A stretch of 64,000 nt of DNA from Planctomycetota bacterium (GTDB lineage: Bacteria; Planctomycetota; UBA8108; UBA1146), in contig JACETR010000002.1 of assembly GCA_013911165.1 (NCBI GenBank), positions 71-64,070 on the forward strand, in the 5' to 3' direction. The notes beneath the pieces were generated by a model. It was not told where the DNA came from and did no database searches. It was given only the letters and a program-made list of their open reading frames with translations. Each line of letters begins with the position of its first letter. The first letter of the stretch is position 1. Both the position numbers and the translations under genes were made by a program. Shown piece by piece: positions 19,241-28,856 of the stretch.

Positions 19241-21358
19241 TCAGGGGCAGGATCGATCCGCACAGGAAAGGGCTGTGAGTGGATTCCCGCAATCAGGATA
19301 TGGGGAGCTTGGAGGTGGGCCGCCTGCAAAGAGAAATTCGGCCAGACATGCGAAGTCTCCCAGATCGATAACATTATCTCTGGTGAGGTCTGCTGCTGAG
19401 AGGCAAGGCAAAGGGTTGTTCTGGAACAGAAAAGACAGCAACAGGGAACTGTCTCCGACATCAACAGAGAAGTCGAGGTTCAGGTCACCCCGGATAAATG
19501 CAGGGAAGCATTCGTCGGGGATCCTGTCGCCGTTGGAGTCAACAGAGAAGCCTGAGAAGATGTCGATAAAATCGCTGATGCCATTTCCATTGCAGTCCTG
19601 GTCTCCCCACTCTGCTTTTTTGACAAAATCAATCATATCGATTTCGTCGATGATGAAATTTCCATCAAAGTCGAAAAATTCAAATCCGCTTTGGATGGGG
19701 TTTTGTGCAGTCGTGCGCATGGAACACATCGCTGAAAATTCTGCAGCAGTGAGAATCCTGTCCGCATCCGGATCTCCCAACAGAAAGGGATGTGGCAAGG
19801 ACCAGGTGTCGTTCATGGGAACATCAATGAACCGACGAAGGGAACCATCGGGATAGATCACTTCTACCGCTGTAATGGTTTTTCCTTCGGGAACTCCATG
19901 GTGGAAGATCCATTCTGATTCGGATTTGTAATTTCTTCCGGTGGTTTTTTGATCCGTAAAAATCAACTCCATATTCTCTGCGTAAACCAGAATCCGACTT
20001 CCGATGCCGTGGTAATTGGGTGGTTGATACAGTGGCCTTAATCTGAAGTAGTTTTTCGTAGGAGTTCCTTGTTGGACGAATACTTTCAGATTTTCCCACA
20101 AGCTTTGGTTGATGAGGTCGATATCCCCGTCTCCATCGATATCCCCTTTGACCCAACAGGCGCTGAAGCCGGGATTTTCGAGGCCTGTTTGGGGAGCGAT
20201 GTTCTCCCACATGGTTGCGTTTCCGTTTTCGTAGAGGCGGTCCGGGGCATTGGAATCGGCCACCAGGAGATCCAGATCCCCGTCGAGACCGTGATCAAAG
20301 AAGAGGCAACCCCAACTGACGACACCCAGATTGACACCATAATCTCTGGAGAGGTCTTCATATTGAAAGTATCCGGTGTTGATCAACAGAGGGTGAGGAT
20401 CAGCGGTACTGGTCACATAGATATCGGGCATTGCATCGAGATTGAGATCAGCAACACAAACCCCCATGGAATCAACGGCGACGGAGGGAAAGATGGTTAA
20501 TGGATTCCCGATTGTTCCATTGTTATTGATCAGAAAGCGATTGAAGAACCCAAAGTTCAGTCCGCGATCATTGGAGACATAGAGATCGAGATCACCATCA
20601 AGATCATAATCGAAGGGCATTATTTGAAAGGTTGGCTCTGAGAGTTGAAGAACCGGAACATCGACGGGGATAAAAAATCCGGTGCCATCATTCACAAACA
20701 AACGATTGGCATTTTGAATCGGAGTACCCGAGCCGCAGGCAACGATGAGATCCAACCAGTCATCTCCATTGAGATCACATAAAGACGCTCCGTTGGTTCG
20801 AGTGTAATCCAGTTCAGAGTTGGCTGGGGTCCAATCAGTAGAAGTGAACTGCCAATTACCCTGATTCAAAAGCAGACGGTCATGCGCGAAATAGCACCCC
20901 ACAAAAATATCGAGGTCTTTATCACCGTCGACGTCTCCCAGAGCGAGGCAGCTCATCGTTTGAAGACCGAGTGGGCTCGAGTTGGGGGAGCGATCTATAA
21001 AGAAACCAGATCCGTCATTTTCAAAGATGCTCAGATTGGATCCCCCATTGGTGGAGATCAGGTCGGGGTCCCCATCGAGATCGATATCCACCAAAGCAAT
21101 CCCTGCACCGGTACTTCCTCCAGAATTGGTGAAGAGATCCAGTCCACGAACCGCGGCCTCTTCCACAAAAGGAAGAATGGGAGATTGAGCCTGGGAGATG
21201 GATGAAATCAAAACTCCGTGGATCAGGGAGAGAGTGAACAGTGGAATTACTAGGGAGGCAGGCAGAGACAAAGGGTTTGACCCCTTTGCAGAAAGTGATT
21301 CTTTTTTTATATATTGCATGGGAATACCTGCAATCTCTCTCGACTGCAATTCGTGCAC
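19241..21358 (-). CDS. Secreted FG-GAP/VCBS beta-propeller repeat protein (CRTAC1/ASPIC-like) with C-terminal dockerin-like repeats
   Basis: N-terminal hydrophobic signal. Multiple DxDGDGDxDL FG-GAP calcium-binding repeats. C-terminus DLNLDFSVDVGDSSLLLSFLFQNN...DLTRDNVIDLGDFACLAEFLFAGGPPPSSPYPDCG...C..C. Start may be the internal M (21319). Confidence 0.7.
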   Translation of the reverse strand: MHELQSREIAGIPMQYIKKESLSAKGSNPLSLPASLVIPLFTLSLIHGVLISSISQAQSPILPFVEEAAVRGLDLFTNSGGSTGAGIALVDIDLDGDPDLISTNGGSNLSIFENDGSGFFIDRSPNSSPLGLQTMSCLALGDVDGDKDLDIFVGCYFAHDRLLLNQGNWQFTSTDWTPANSELDYTRTNGASLCDLNGDDWLDLIVACGSGTPIQNANRLFVNDGTGFFIPVDVPVLQLSEPTFQIMPFDYDLDGDLDLYVSNDRGLNFGFFNRFLINNNGTIGNPLTIFPSVAVDSMGVCVADLNLDAMPDIYVTSTADPHPLLINTGYFQYEDLSRDYGVNLGVVSWGCLFFDHGLDGDLDLLVADSNAPDRLYENGNATMWENIAPQTGLENPGFSACWVKGDIDGDGDIDLINQSLWENLKVFVQQGTPTKNYFRLRPLYQPPNYHGIGSRILVYAENMELIFTDQKTTGRNYKSESEWIFHHGVPEGKTITAVEVIYPDGSLRRFIDVPMNDTWSLPHPFLLGDPDADRILTAAEFSAMCSMRTTAQNPIQSGFEFFDFDGNFIIDEIDMIDFVKKAEWGDQDCNGNGISDFIDIFSGFSVDSNGDRIPDECFPAFIRGDLNLDFSVDVGDSSLLLSFLFQNNPLPCLSAADLTRDNVIDLGDFACLAEFLFAGGPPPSSPYPDCGNPLTALSCADRSCP

Positions 21359-21613
21359 AACATCCGCAGCAGGCGGGCTTCAATTGGAAAGCTGCCTTCA
21401 ATGTTTTTCTGGATGTCAACGAATCAGAGCCCGGTTAAAATTGGTCGAACCTTAACGATTAATATTATTATACCCATTCGTCCACCATTTTCAATCCGGT
21501 GGATCTTTCACGATATTGAATGATTTGAGTGAATACGCAGCAGGCTCAGGCATTTTTCGCAATAACTGAAGACGTTGTTGCAAACGGATTTATGAATCAC
21601 AGAAGATGGTGGA

Positions 21614-24277
21614 CTAATCGGAAGTCTTCTTCTTGGTCGTTTTCTTTTTGGTTGTTTTCTTTTTGGTTGTCTTCTTTTTAGTGACCTTCTTTTTCGCCTT
21701 TTTCTTGGCAGTTTTCTTCTTCTTCTTTTTGCCCTTTTTGGCGTCGCGCTCGCGCTTCTCCAGGATGCGCTGGGCGGCTTCGGAAGAAGTTACCTTTGTC
21801 GGATCCATGCCGCTGGCCAGGGTGGCATTGGTTTCACCATCGGTGGCGTAGGGGCCGAAGCGGCCGTCTTTGATCTGGATGGTGGCACCTTCCAGCTCGA
21901 CGACATTTTCGAAGGTCTGAATCGGTGGTTTGGCAGCGGCTCGGCCACGGCGCTTGGGCTGGGAAAGAAGGAAGCGGCAACGCTCCTCATTGACGGTGAA
22001 GGGATCGTCTCCCTCTTCGAGACTGCGGGTTTCCTTGCCGGCTTTCAGGTAGAGACCATAACGCCCGTTGAAGACGCGGATCTCATCCCCTTCTGGGGAG
22101 GTTCCCACCGGACGACCTTCCTTGAGGATCAGCAATTGAATGGCGATCTCTGCGGTGATCGATTCCGGCTCCATGTTGGGCAACAGGGAAGCGAACTCCG
22201 GCTTTTCTTCACTGTCGGTATCACCCCGCTGAACGTAGGGGCCAAAGCGTCCGCTTTTGAGGAAGATCGGCTTGCCGGTGGCACTGCAGTGGCCCAGAGG
22301 TTCATCCTTGCGGGCGCCCGCCTGCATGATCTCGTCAATCTTTGAGGCGTCGAGTTCGTCGGGGGGGAGTTCTTCGGGGATGTTTCCGCGAACCTCACCC
22401 GCTTCGAGATAGGGACCGTAGCGACCGACTCGCAAGACCACGTCTTCATCCTGGAAACGGATCGGATCCCCGCCTGCGAAAGGCATCGGGAAACGACAGA
22501 TGGCAGCAGGATCGATCACTTCCATTCCCGATTCGAGCAATCCCTCAAGGCCCGCTTCGCCATTTCCGGCCCAGAATTTTTTCAGGTATTCCTGTGTGTT
22601 GAGTTTGCCCTGAGAGATGCCGTCCAGATCGTCTTCCATGCGGCGTGTGAAGTCGTAGTCGATGATCTGGGAGAAGTGCTCTTCCATCAGTCGGACGACC
22701 GCAAAGGCGGTCCAGGTCGGAACCAGTGCCTTGTTCCTGCGGAAGGAGTACTGGGCAGACTGGATTCGATCGATGATGGAAGCGTAGGTACTGGGTCGGC
22801 CGATGCCGCGCTTTTCCATCTCCTTGATCAGGCCCGCTTCGGTGTAGCGACCGATGGCCTGGGTACGATGTTCCTCAGGATCCAGTTCTGCGAGGGCAAC
22901 CGTATTTCCGACCTCGACCGCAGGGAGCAGGGTTTCCTTGGTTCCAGCCGGGTCTGCCAGCATGAAACCCTTGTGGTCGATGACGGTTCCACGCGCCTGA
23001 TAGCGGGCGGCTTCTTCATGTTGCTCTTCCACTTCGACGATGACGGTCCGGCCCGTAGCCGGCTTCATCTGGCTGGCGACGGTTCGCTTCCAGATCAGGT
23101 CGTAGAGACGGGCTTCGTCGTCGCCCACCTTGGTGGCGACTTCTGCGGGATCGTCAAAATCGGAAGGGCGGATCGGTTCGTGTTCACCACCGGCATCCTT
23201 GGAGAGGTGCTCGAAGTTTTTCGGAGCGTGTTCGTCTGCTCCGTACTTTTTGGTGATCAGGGATCCGATCGCCTGCATCGCTTCAGGAGCGAGGACGTAG
23301 TTGTCGGTACGGACGTAGGTGATGAAACCTTTTTGGAAGAGCGCATTGGCGGCACGCATCGTTCGCGAGGGAGAGAATCCGAGACGGTTGGATGCTTCCT
23401 GCTGCATGCCACTGGTGATGAAGGGCACGGGAGGTTTGCGTGAGTAGGATTTTTCTTCCAAAGAGGAAATCTTGAAGGTGCCGTTTTCGAAACGTTCTTT
23501 CAGAGCCGTAGTCCGGCTCTCGTCGAGGACGATGCAATCGGAAGATTCCTGTTTCAGTTTGCCGTCGTCGCCGAAGTCCTTGCTCTGGGCGATGCTTTTG
23601 CCGCCGAGCGTCAGCAGTTTGGCGTCGAACGTCTCTTTGGATTCGGTACCAAAAGTGGCGTCCATGTCCCAATAGACTGCGGGAACAAAGGCGAGGCGTT
23701 CCTTTTCCCTTTCGACCAGCAGGCGAATTGCGACGGTCTGTACACGACCGGCAGAAAGCCCCTGGGCAACCTTTCGCCAAAGCAGATTGGAGACCGGGTA
23801 TCCATAGAGTCGGTCGACCATGCGGCGTGCTTCCTGAGCGTCGACCAGTTGGGTATCGAGCTCTTCCGGTTCCTCGATGGCTTTTTCAAGAGCGCTCTTC
23901 GTAATCTGTCCGAGGCGCAGTCGTTTGACGGGGAGACCCTTCTTGGGCTTCAGAACCTGAAGAAGGTGCCACGAGATGGCTTCTCCCTCACGGTCCGCGT
24001 CAGTGGCGAGAAATAATTCTTCCGCTTCCCGCATCCGCTTTCGGATGGCAGTGACGGTCGATTTTTTGTCTTCATCGATGACGTAGATCGCCTCGAACTC
24101 GTCGGTCACGCCGGTGACGACCTGTTTCTTTTTGTACTCTTCAGGAACCTGACTCGCCTTGGATGGGAGATCGCGGATGTGGCCGACGCTCGCCTCGACG
24201 ACGAAATCTCCGCCGAGGTACTTTTCGATGGTTTTGGCTTTGGTGGGTGATTCGACGATCACGAGGCGTTTTGCCAT
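21614..24277 (-). CDS. topA: DNA topoisomerase I with C-terminal lysine-rich KKKTT-repeat tail
   Basis: MAKRLVIVESPTKAKTIEKYLGGDFVVEASVGHIRDLP Toprim start. Full type IA body. C-terminal 45 aa is KKGKKKKKKTAKKKAKKKVTKKKTTKKKTTKKKTTKKKTSD. The ORF track begins at an in-frame TTG 21 nt upstream (24298); ATG at 24277 is preferred. Confidence 0.9.
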   Translation of the reverse strand: MAKRLVIVESPTKAKTIEKYLGGDFVVEASVGHIRDLPSKASQVPEEYKKKQVVTGVTDEFEAIYVIDEDKKSTVTAIRKRMREAEELFLATDADREGEAISWHLLQVLKPKKGLPVKRLRLGQITKSALEKAIEEPEELDTQLVDAQEARRMVDRLYGYPVSNLLWRKVAQGLSAGRVQTVAIRLLVEREKERLAFVPAVYWDMDATFGTESKETFDAKLLTLGGKSIAQSKDFGDDGKLKQESSDCIVLDESRTTALKERFENGTFKISSLEEKSYSRKPPVPFITSGMQQEASNRLGFSPSRTMRAANALFQKGFITYVRTDNYVLAPEAMQAIGSLITKKYGADEHAPKNFEHLSKDAGGEHEPIRPSDFDDPAEVATKVGDDEARLYDLIWKRTVASQMKPATGRTVIVEVEEQHEEAARYQARGTVIDHKGFMLADPAGTKETLLPAVEVGNTVALAELDPEEHRTQAIGRYTEAGLIKEMEKRGIGRPSTYASIIDRIQSAQYSFRRNKALVPTWTAFAVVRLMEEHFSQIIDYDFTRRMEDDLDGISQGKLNTQEYLKKFWAGNGEAGLEGLLESGMEVIDPAAICRFPMPFAGGDPIRFQDEDVVLRVGRYGPYLEAGEVRGNIPEELPPDELDASKIDEIMQAGARKDEPLGHCSATGKPIFLKSGRFGPYVQRGDTDSEEKPEFASLLPNMEPESITAEIAIQLLILKEGRPVGTSPEGDEIRVFNGRYGLYLKAGKETRSLEEGDDPFTVNEERCRFLLSQPKRRGRAAAKPPIQTFENVVELEGATIQIKDGRFGPYATDGETNATLASGMDPTKVTSSEAAQRILEKRERDAKKGKKKKKKTAKKKAKKKVTKKKTTKKKTTKKKTTKKKTSD
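21634..21693 (-). repeat. 15-nt tandem repeat (about 4 copies) encoding the (KKKTT)n tail of TopA
   Basis: Plus-strand units ggtcgttttcttttt / ggttgttttcttttt / ggttgtcttcttttt / agtgaccttcttttt in direct tandem. Confidence 0.8.
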
Positions 24278-24394
24278 TTTTACCGGCCATCCCTTCAAGG
24301 TTCTGTGACGACGCCGAGGCGACGTTTAATTACGGGTAACGTCTCAATGGGGGTCGTTGCAAGGGATCTTTTTTGTCACTTGTAAGGTCAATTT

Positions 24395-24428
24395 GGCCAA
24401 TTCGGCGTGAATTCGGCCATTATTGGCC
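24395..24428. promoter_or_regulatory. Inverted repeat GGCCAAT-N20-ATTGGCC (with internal AATTCGGC direct repeats) in the divergent topA/fpg intergenic region; candidate operator
   Basis: Sequence ttGGCCAATtcggcgtgaattcggccattATTGGCCtt read directly, located between the divergent starts of topA (24277) and fpg (24490). Confidence 0.3.
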
Positions 24429-24489
24429 TTATACGGGGATTTCCGGAAACTCTGGAAGAATTCCACAGTTGGGGTGCTGGAGGTCTCGA

Positions 24490-25314
24490 ATGCCCGAATT
24501 GCCTGAAGTTGAAACGACCCGGAGGGGCATCGCAGACCTGATTCGGGGGTTGCAGATTGAATCGGTGGAGGTCCGGCGTCCGAAACTGCGGCTACCGATT
24601 CCCGAGGACCTTGCGATCCGGCTCGAGGGGGCTCATTGGCAGGAGACGCGCCGGCGGGCCAAATTCCTTCTCCTCGATTCGACGGCAGGGACGATTCTGG
24701 TGCATTTGGGAATGTCCGGCAGCCTGCGCCTCACGGACCCGACCCATGAATACCGCAAGCACGATCACATCATCTGGCACCTTGAGGGGGATCGTCAGCT
24801 TCGTTATCACGACCCGCGCAGATTCGGCATCGTCACCTGGGCGGAAGTGGACGGAGAGCCGCATTCGCTGATTGGTGATCTGGGCCCGGAGCCGATCGAT
24901 GGCATCACCACGACCGATCTGGCGGAGCACCTCTGGCAATCCTCCAGGGGGAAAAAGAAGCGCCTCCGTGATTACCTGCTCGATGGGCGCGTCATCGCCG
25001 GAATTGGCAATATCTACGCCAATGAGGCTGCCTGGAGATCCGGAATCCGCCCTGATCGAGCCTGTGGACGCGTCTCCCGTGAACGATATCAGAGCCTGGC
25101 CGCAGATCTCCAACACGTCTTGCAGGTGGCGGTGGAGAAGGGGGGCACCACACTGAGGGATTTCGTCAATCCAGAGGGAGAGCCCGGATATTTTCAGCAT
25201 ACCTTTGAGGTGTATGGGCAAGAGGGGGAAGAATGCTCCCGCTGTGGCCGGGAAATCGTTCGAGACGTGGTTTCCCAGCGTTCTATCTTCTTCTGCAGGG
25301 GTTGTCAGAGATAG
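24490..25314 (+). CDS. mutM: Formamidopyrimidine-DNA glycosylase (MutM/Fpg)
   Basis: MPELPEVETTRRGI N-terminus (catalytic Pro2/Glu3). C-terminal zinc finger CSRCGREIV...CRGCQ. The ORF-track start at 24373 is an upstream extension. Confidence 0.9.
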   Translation: MPELPEVETTRRGIADLIRGLQIESVEVRRPKLRLPIPEDLAIRLEGAHWQETRRRAKFLLLDSTAGTILVHLGMSGSLRLTDPTHEYRKHDHIIWHLEGDRQLRYHDPRRFGIVTWAEVDGEPHSLIGDLGPEPIDGITTTDLAEHLWQSSRGKKKRLRDYLLDGRVIAGIGNIYANEAAWRSGIRPDRACGRVSRERYQSLAADLQHVLQVAVEKGGTTLRDFVNPEGEPGYFQHTFEVYGQEGEECSRCGREIVRDVVSQRSIFFCRGCQR

Positions 25315-25424
25315 TCAGCCCTTCGTCAGGTCCGCTTTCCCCGGTGGGGTACAAGTCCTAGAATCGCCTTTTGCAAGTGTGAAACACAAACAGACATTTC
25401 CTGACCCCAAAGGTCCTGAAACTC

Positions 25425-25430
25425 AAGGAG
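25425..25430 (+). promoter_or_regulatory. Ribosome-binding site of icd
   Basis: AAGGAG 6 nt upstream of the GTG start. Confidence 0.6.
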
Positions 25431-25436
25431 TCCAGC

Positions 25437-26660
25437 GTGGAGAAGATCAAGGTCGACAACCCCGTCGTCGAACTCGACGGCGATGAAATGACCCGCATCA
25501 TTTGGCAATTTATCAAGGATCGTCTGATCCTTCCTTACGTCGACGTCGAGCTGAAATACTTCGACCTTGGTGTCGAAAAGCGTGACGAGACCGATGACCA
25601 GATCACCATCGATGCTGCCGAGGCGATCAAGAAGTATGGCGTCGGAGTCAAATGCGCGACCATCACTCCCGATGAGGATCGGGTCGAGGAGTTCGGACTC
25701 AAGAAGATGTGGCGTTCACCGAATGGCACCATCCGCAACATTCTCGGGGGTACCGTTTTCCGTGAGCCGATCATTTGTGAAAACGTGCCGCGTCTCGTTC
25801 CCGGCTGGACCCAGTCCATCGTCATTGGCCGCCACGCCCATGGAGACCAATACCGGGCAACCGATTTCCTGGTTCCCGGTGCGGGCAAATTGTCGATGAC
25901 CTTTACCCCCGAAGATGGGGGCGATCCGATGAACTTCGACGTCATGCAGTTCGAGGCTCCCGGTATCGCCATGGGCATGTACAACCTGGACGAATCGATC
26001 CGTGGTTTTGCCCGTGCTTGCATGAACTACGGTCTGCAGCGGAAGTGGCCCGTTTACCTTTCGACCAAGAACACCATCCTCAAAGCCTACGATGGTCGCT
26101 TCAAGGATCTGTTCCAGGAGGTCTTCGACAGTGAGTTCAAGGCTGCCTTCGAAGATGCCGGGATCGAATACGAACACCGCCTGATCGACGACATGGTCGC
26201 ATGTGCCATGAAGTGGTCCGGAGGATTTGTCTGGGCATGCAAAAACTACGACGGCGATGTCCAGTCCGACACCGTGGCTCAGGGATTCGGTTCCCTGGGG
26301 CTGATGACCAGCGTGCTCATGACACCCGATGGCAATACCGTTGAAGCAGAGGCCGCCCACGGAACGGTGACTCGCCACTACCGCGAGCACCAGAAGGGGA
26401 ATCCGACCTCGACGAACCCCATTGCCAGCATCTTCGCATGGACCCGCGGCTTTGCCCACAGGGCCCGCATGGACGGCAACGATGCCCTGAAGAAGTTTGC
26501 CGAGGATCTGGAAGCAGTCTGCATCGAAACCGTTGAAGCGGGTCACATGACCAAGGACTTGGCGCTTCTGGTCGGTGGAGATACTCCCTTCATGACCACG
26601 GAAGAATTCCTCGCCAAGCTGGATGAAAATCTTCAGGCCAAGCGCGGTCAGGCTTCCTGA
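25437..26660 (+). CDS. icd: NADP-dependent isocitrate dehydrogenase, eukaryotic/subfamily II type (about 407 aa)
   Basis: GTG start preceded by AAGGAG (25425-25430). [55 protein letters not shown] is the IDH1/IDH2-like N-terminus. Confidence 0.85.
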   Translation: MEKIKVDNPVVELDGDEMTRIIWQFIKDRLILPYVDVELKYFDLGVEKRDETDDQITIDAAEAIKKYGVGVKCATITPDEDRVEEFGLKKMWRSPNGTIRNILGGTVFREPIICENVPRLVPGWTQSIVIGRHAHGDQYRATDFLVPGAGKLSMTFTPEDGGDPMNFDVMQFEAPGIAMGMYNLDESIRGFARACMNYGLQRKWPVYLSTKNTILKAYDGRFKDLFQEVFDSEFKAAFEDAGIEYEHRLIDDMVACAMKWSGGFVWACKNYDGDVQSDTVAQGFGSLGLMTSVLMTPDGNTVEAEAAHGTVTRHYREHQKGNPTSTNPIASIFAWTRGFAHRARMDGNDALKKFAEDLEAVCIETVEAGHMTKDLALLVGGDTPFMTTEEFLAKLDENLQAKRGQAS

Positions 26661-26670
26661 TCACCGGGAA

Positions 26671-26703
26671 CCGATCCCGATTCCAGTGCGGAATCGGGAT
26701 CGG
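26671..26703 (+). terminator. GC-rich hairpin downstream of icd (no clear U-tract)
   Basis: ccgatcccgattc-cagtgcg-gaatcgggatcgg perfect 13-bp stem 10 nt after the icd stop. The 3' flank is not T-rich, so it may be a structural stem or a weak terminator. Confidence 0.3.
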
Positions 26704-26740
26704 CTCTCCAACTTGTTGACCTGTTGCAGCAGGAGGTGAC

Positions 26741-27688
26741 TTGATTCGCTATACCGACCTGCACACCGAGGGAGAACCTACCCGGGTTGTTATCTCCGGC
26801 TTTCCCGATCTGGGATCGGGCTCCATCCGTGATCGTTGCCAACGTCTTCAGGATCAATATTCTCAACTCTGTTCCGGCATCGTTCGTGAGCCAAGGGGGC
26901 ACGAGGCGATGGTGGGAGCACTCCTGCTGGAGTCAGAAGATCCGGCCTGCGATCACGGCGTCATCTTTTTCAATAATGTGGGGCCTCTTGGAATGTGTGG
27001 TCACGGCACCATCGGAGTCGTTCGGGCCCTTCATGAGATGGGCAGGATCAACGATGAAAAAGTCACCCTCGAAACCCCTGCGGGTATCGTCGAGGCTTCA
27101 TTGGAGAAAGACGGCTCAGTCTCTGTCATCAATGTGGAGAGTTATTGCTATCGCAGGGATGTCTCGGTTGAGTTGGCCGGTGGGCAGCAGGTCACCGGCG
27201 ATATTGCCTGGGGAGGAAACTGGTTCTTCATCCCCGACAGCTGTGACATCGCCCTGAAAAGCACAAACCTGTCCCGATTGATCGACTTCACGATTTCGAT
27301 TCGCACCGCTTTGGAAGAGTCGGGCATCACCGGCAGGGACGGCGAGACGATCGATCACATCGAAGTCCATGAATCCCTCCGGGACGGAGATTCTGAAGAG
27401 GGCCAAAAGGGGGTTCGTTGCTTTGTTCTTTGTCCAGGAATGGAATGGGATCGTTCTCCCTGTGGCACTGGAACCAGTGCAACCGTCGCCTGTCAGGCAG
27501 ATCGAGGGTTGTTGGCAGAGGGTGAAATCTGGCTTCAGGAAAGTCTTCCAGGTGGTCGATTTGAAGCGAGCTGGCGACCCGGGATTGAAGGGGTTGTACC
27601 GACGATTCGCGGGCGTGCGTGGATGTGCTCACAAGGTGAATTGATTTTTGAAGACGGCGACCCCTTTCGCCACGGTTTTCCCTCCTAG
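26741..27688 (+). CDS. Proline racemase family enzyme, probable 4-hydroxyproline 2-epimerase (Cys/Cys catalytic pair)
   Basis: TTG start with AGGAGG at 26731-26736. Motifs GMCGHGTIG and DRSPCGTGTSA; both catalytic positions are Cys, so racemase/epimerase rather than Cys/Thr dehydratase. Neighbourhood indicates hydroxyproline catabolism. Confidence 0.75.
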   Translation: MIRYTDLHTEGEPTRVVISGFPDLGSGSIRDRCQRLQDQYSQLCSGIVREPRGHEAMVGALLLESEDPACDHGVIFFNNVGPLGMCGHGTIGVVRALHEMGRINDEKVTLETPAGIVEASLEKDGSVSVINVESYCYRRDVSVELAGGQQVTGDIAWGGNWFFIPDSCDIALKSTNLSRLIDFTISIRTALEESGITGRDGETIDHIEVHESLRDGDSEEGQKGVRCFVLCPGMEWDRSPCGTGTSATVACQADRGLLAEGEIWLQESLPGGRFEASWRPGIEGVVPTIRGRAWMCSQGELIFEDGDPFRHGFPS

Positions 27689-27737
27689 AGGATGGGCGCA
27701 GCGTCCGTGACGTTCGGGGCGGGCAGTTTGGAAAAAG

Positions 27738-28856
27738 GTGTTCTGGGAAAGGGGAATCTTCGTGTTGAGTATCGCCATCGATGCCACGGCAGCATGCACC
27801 CCTAAACCCACCGGAATCGGGCGCTACACTGAAGGTCTGACAGCGGCGCTCTCCCAACGTGCGATTCGGCTGAAGATCGGCACCCGTTATTCTCACTTTC
27901 ACCAGCGCAACCACCGTCTTCAGATTTCAGATTCGAAGAGATTCTGGATTCAGGAGCCAATCTGGCCACTGGTGCAAGGTGTGGATGTGCTCCATGTCAC
28001 CGATGCCAGAGTGCCGCGCTGGCCACTGTTGAAGAAGGGGACTCCGAAAGTCGCAACTCTTCATGATGTCTTTCATATCCTCCCTGAGTTTCAAAATGGG
28101 GGACAGTACGCCACCGAGGAGTTCACTCGAAAGAAGATCGACCGCTATCGGCAGATCGCCAGAGAATGTGATCGCATCATTTGTGTCAGTGAAAAAACTC
28201 GAACCGATTTCATGAAGCACGTGGATTGTGACCCCCAGAAAGTGGAAGTGGTTCATCACGGAATCGACTCACATTTTCTTGAAGAAACCAGGGGGAATGA
28301 TGCGGAGATTCTCGAGTCACTGGGAATCCCGCAAGGAGGCATTCTCTATGTGGGCGATGTCTCAGCCCGCAAGAATTTGCAGGGGATCGTCGAGGGGTAT
28401 CTGGCGGCGAACCTCGATCAGGACCACCCTTTGCTTCTCGTGGGTGAATCCACTTTTGGCTCCGGGGAACTGGAGTTCAGGATTCGCCAGGCAGGAGATC
28501 GAATCCTGAGAATCGGTTGGCAGAAACAGGAGATTCTCGCGGCCATCTATCGACAATCGAGGGCGCTTCTGTTTTGCACCCACTATGAAGGTTTTGGATT
28601 GCCGGTTCTCGAATCGATGGCATGTGGGACACCGGTGGTCATTTCCCGATCGGGGGCAACACCTGAGGTGGCGGGCGGACATGGGCACCTGTGTGACCCT
28701 GCGGATGTGAAATCCATCGCTGCTGCCCTGAAGTCCGCTTTGAACTCTTCCAAAGAAGACATCAGGGCAGGGCGTGACCATGCTCGCCGCTTTACCTGGG
28801 AGCATTGTGCACGAGAGACGGAAGCTGTTTATCAACGGGCAATGGAGGTTCACTGA
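27738..28856 (+). CDS. Glycosyltransferase family 1 (GT4-type)
   Basis: C-terminal EGFGLPVLESMACGTPVV motif. True start may be the in-frame GTG at 27762 (VLSIAIDAT). Stop overlaps the downstream ATG (TGATG). Confidence 0.75.
   Translation: MFWERGIFVLSIAIDATAACTPKPTGIGRYTEGLTAALSQRAIRLKIGTRYSHFHQRNHRLQISDSKRFWIQEPIWPLVQGVDVLHVTDARVPRWPLLKKGTPKVATLHDVFHILPEFQNGGQYATEEFTRKKIDRYRQIARECDRIICVSEKTRTDFMKHVDCDPQKVEVVHHGIDSHFLEETRGNDAEILESLGIPQGGILYVGDVSARKNLQGIVEGYLAANLDQDHPLLLVGESTFGSGELEFRIRQAGDRILRIGWQKQEILAAIYRQSRALLFCTHYEGFGLPVLESMACGTPVVISRSGATPEVAGGHGHLCDPADVKSIAAALKSALNSSKEDIRAGRDHARRFTWEHCARETEAVYQRAMEVH

Noticed and set aside
19176-19856. 226-aa plus-strand ORF
   Set aside because: Lies entirely antisense within the well-supported FG-GAP/dockerin gene. 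High GC content generates long spurious antisense ORFs.
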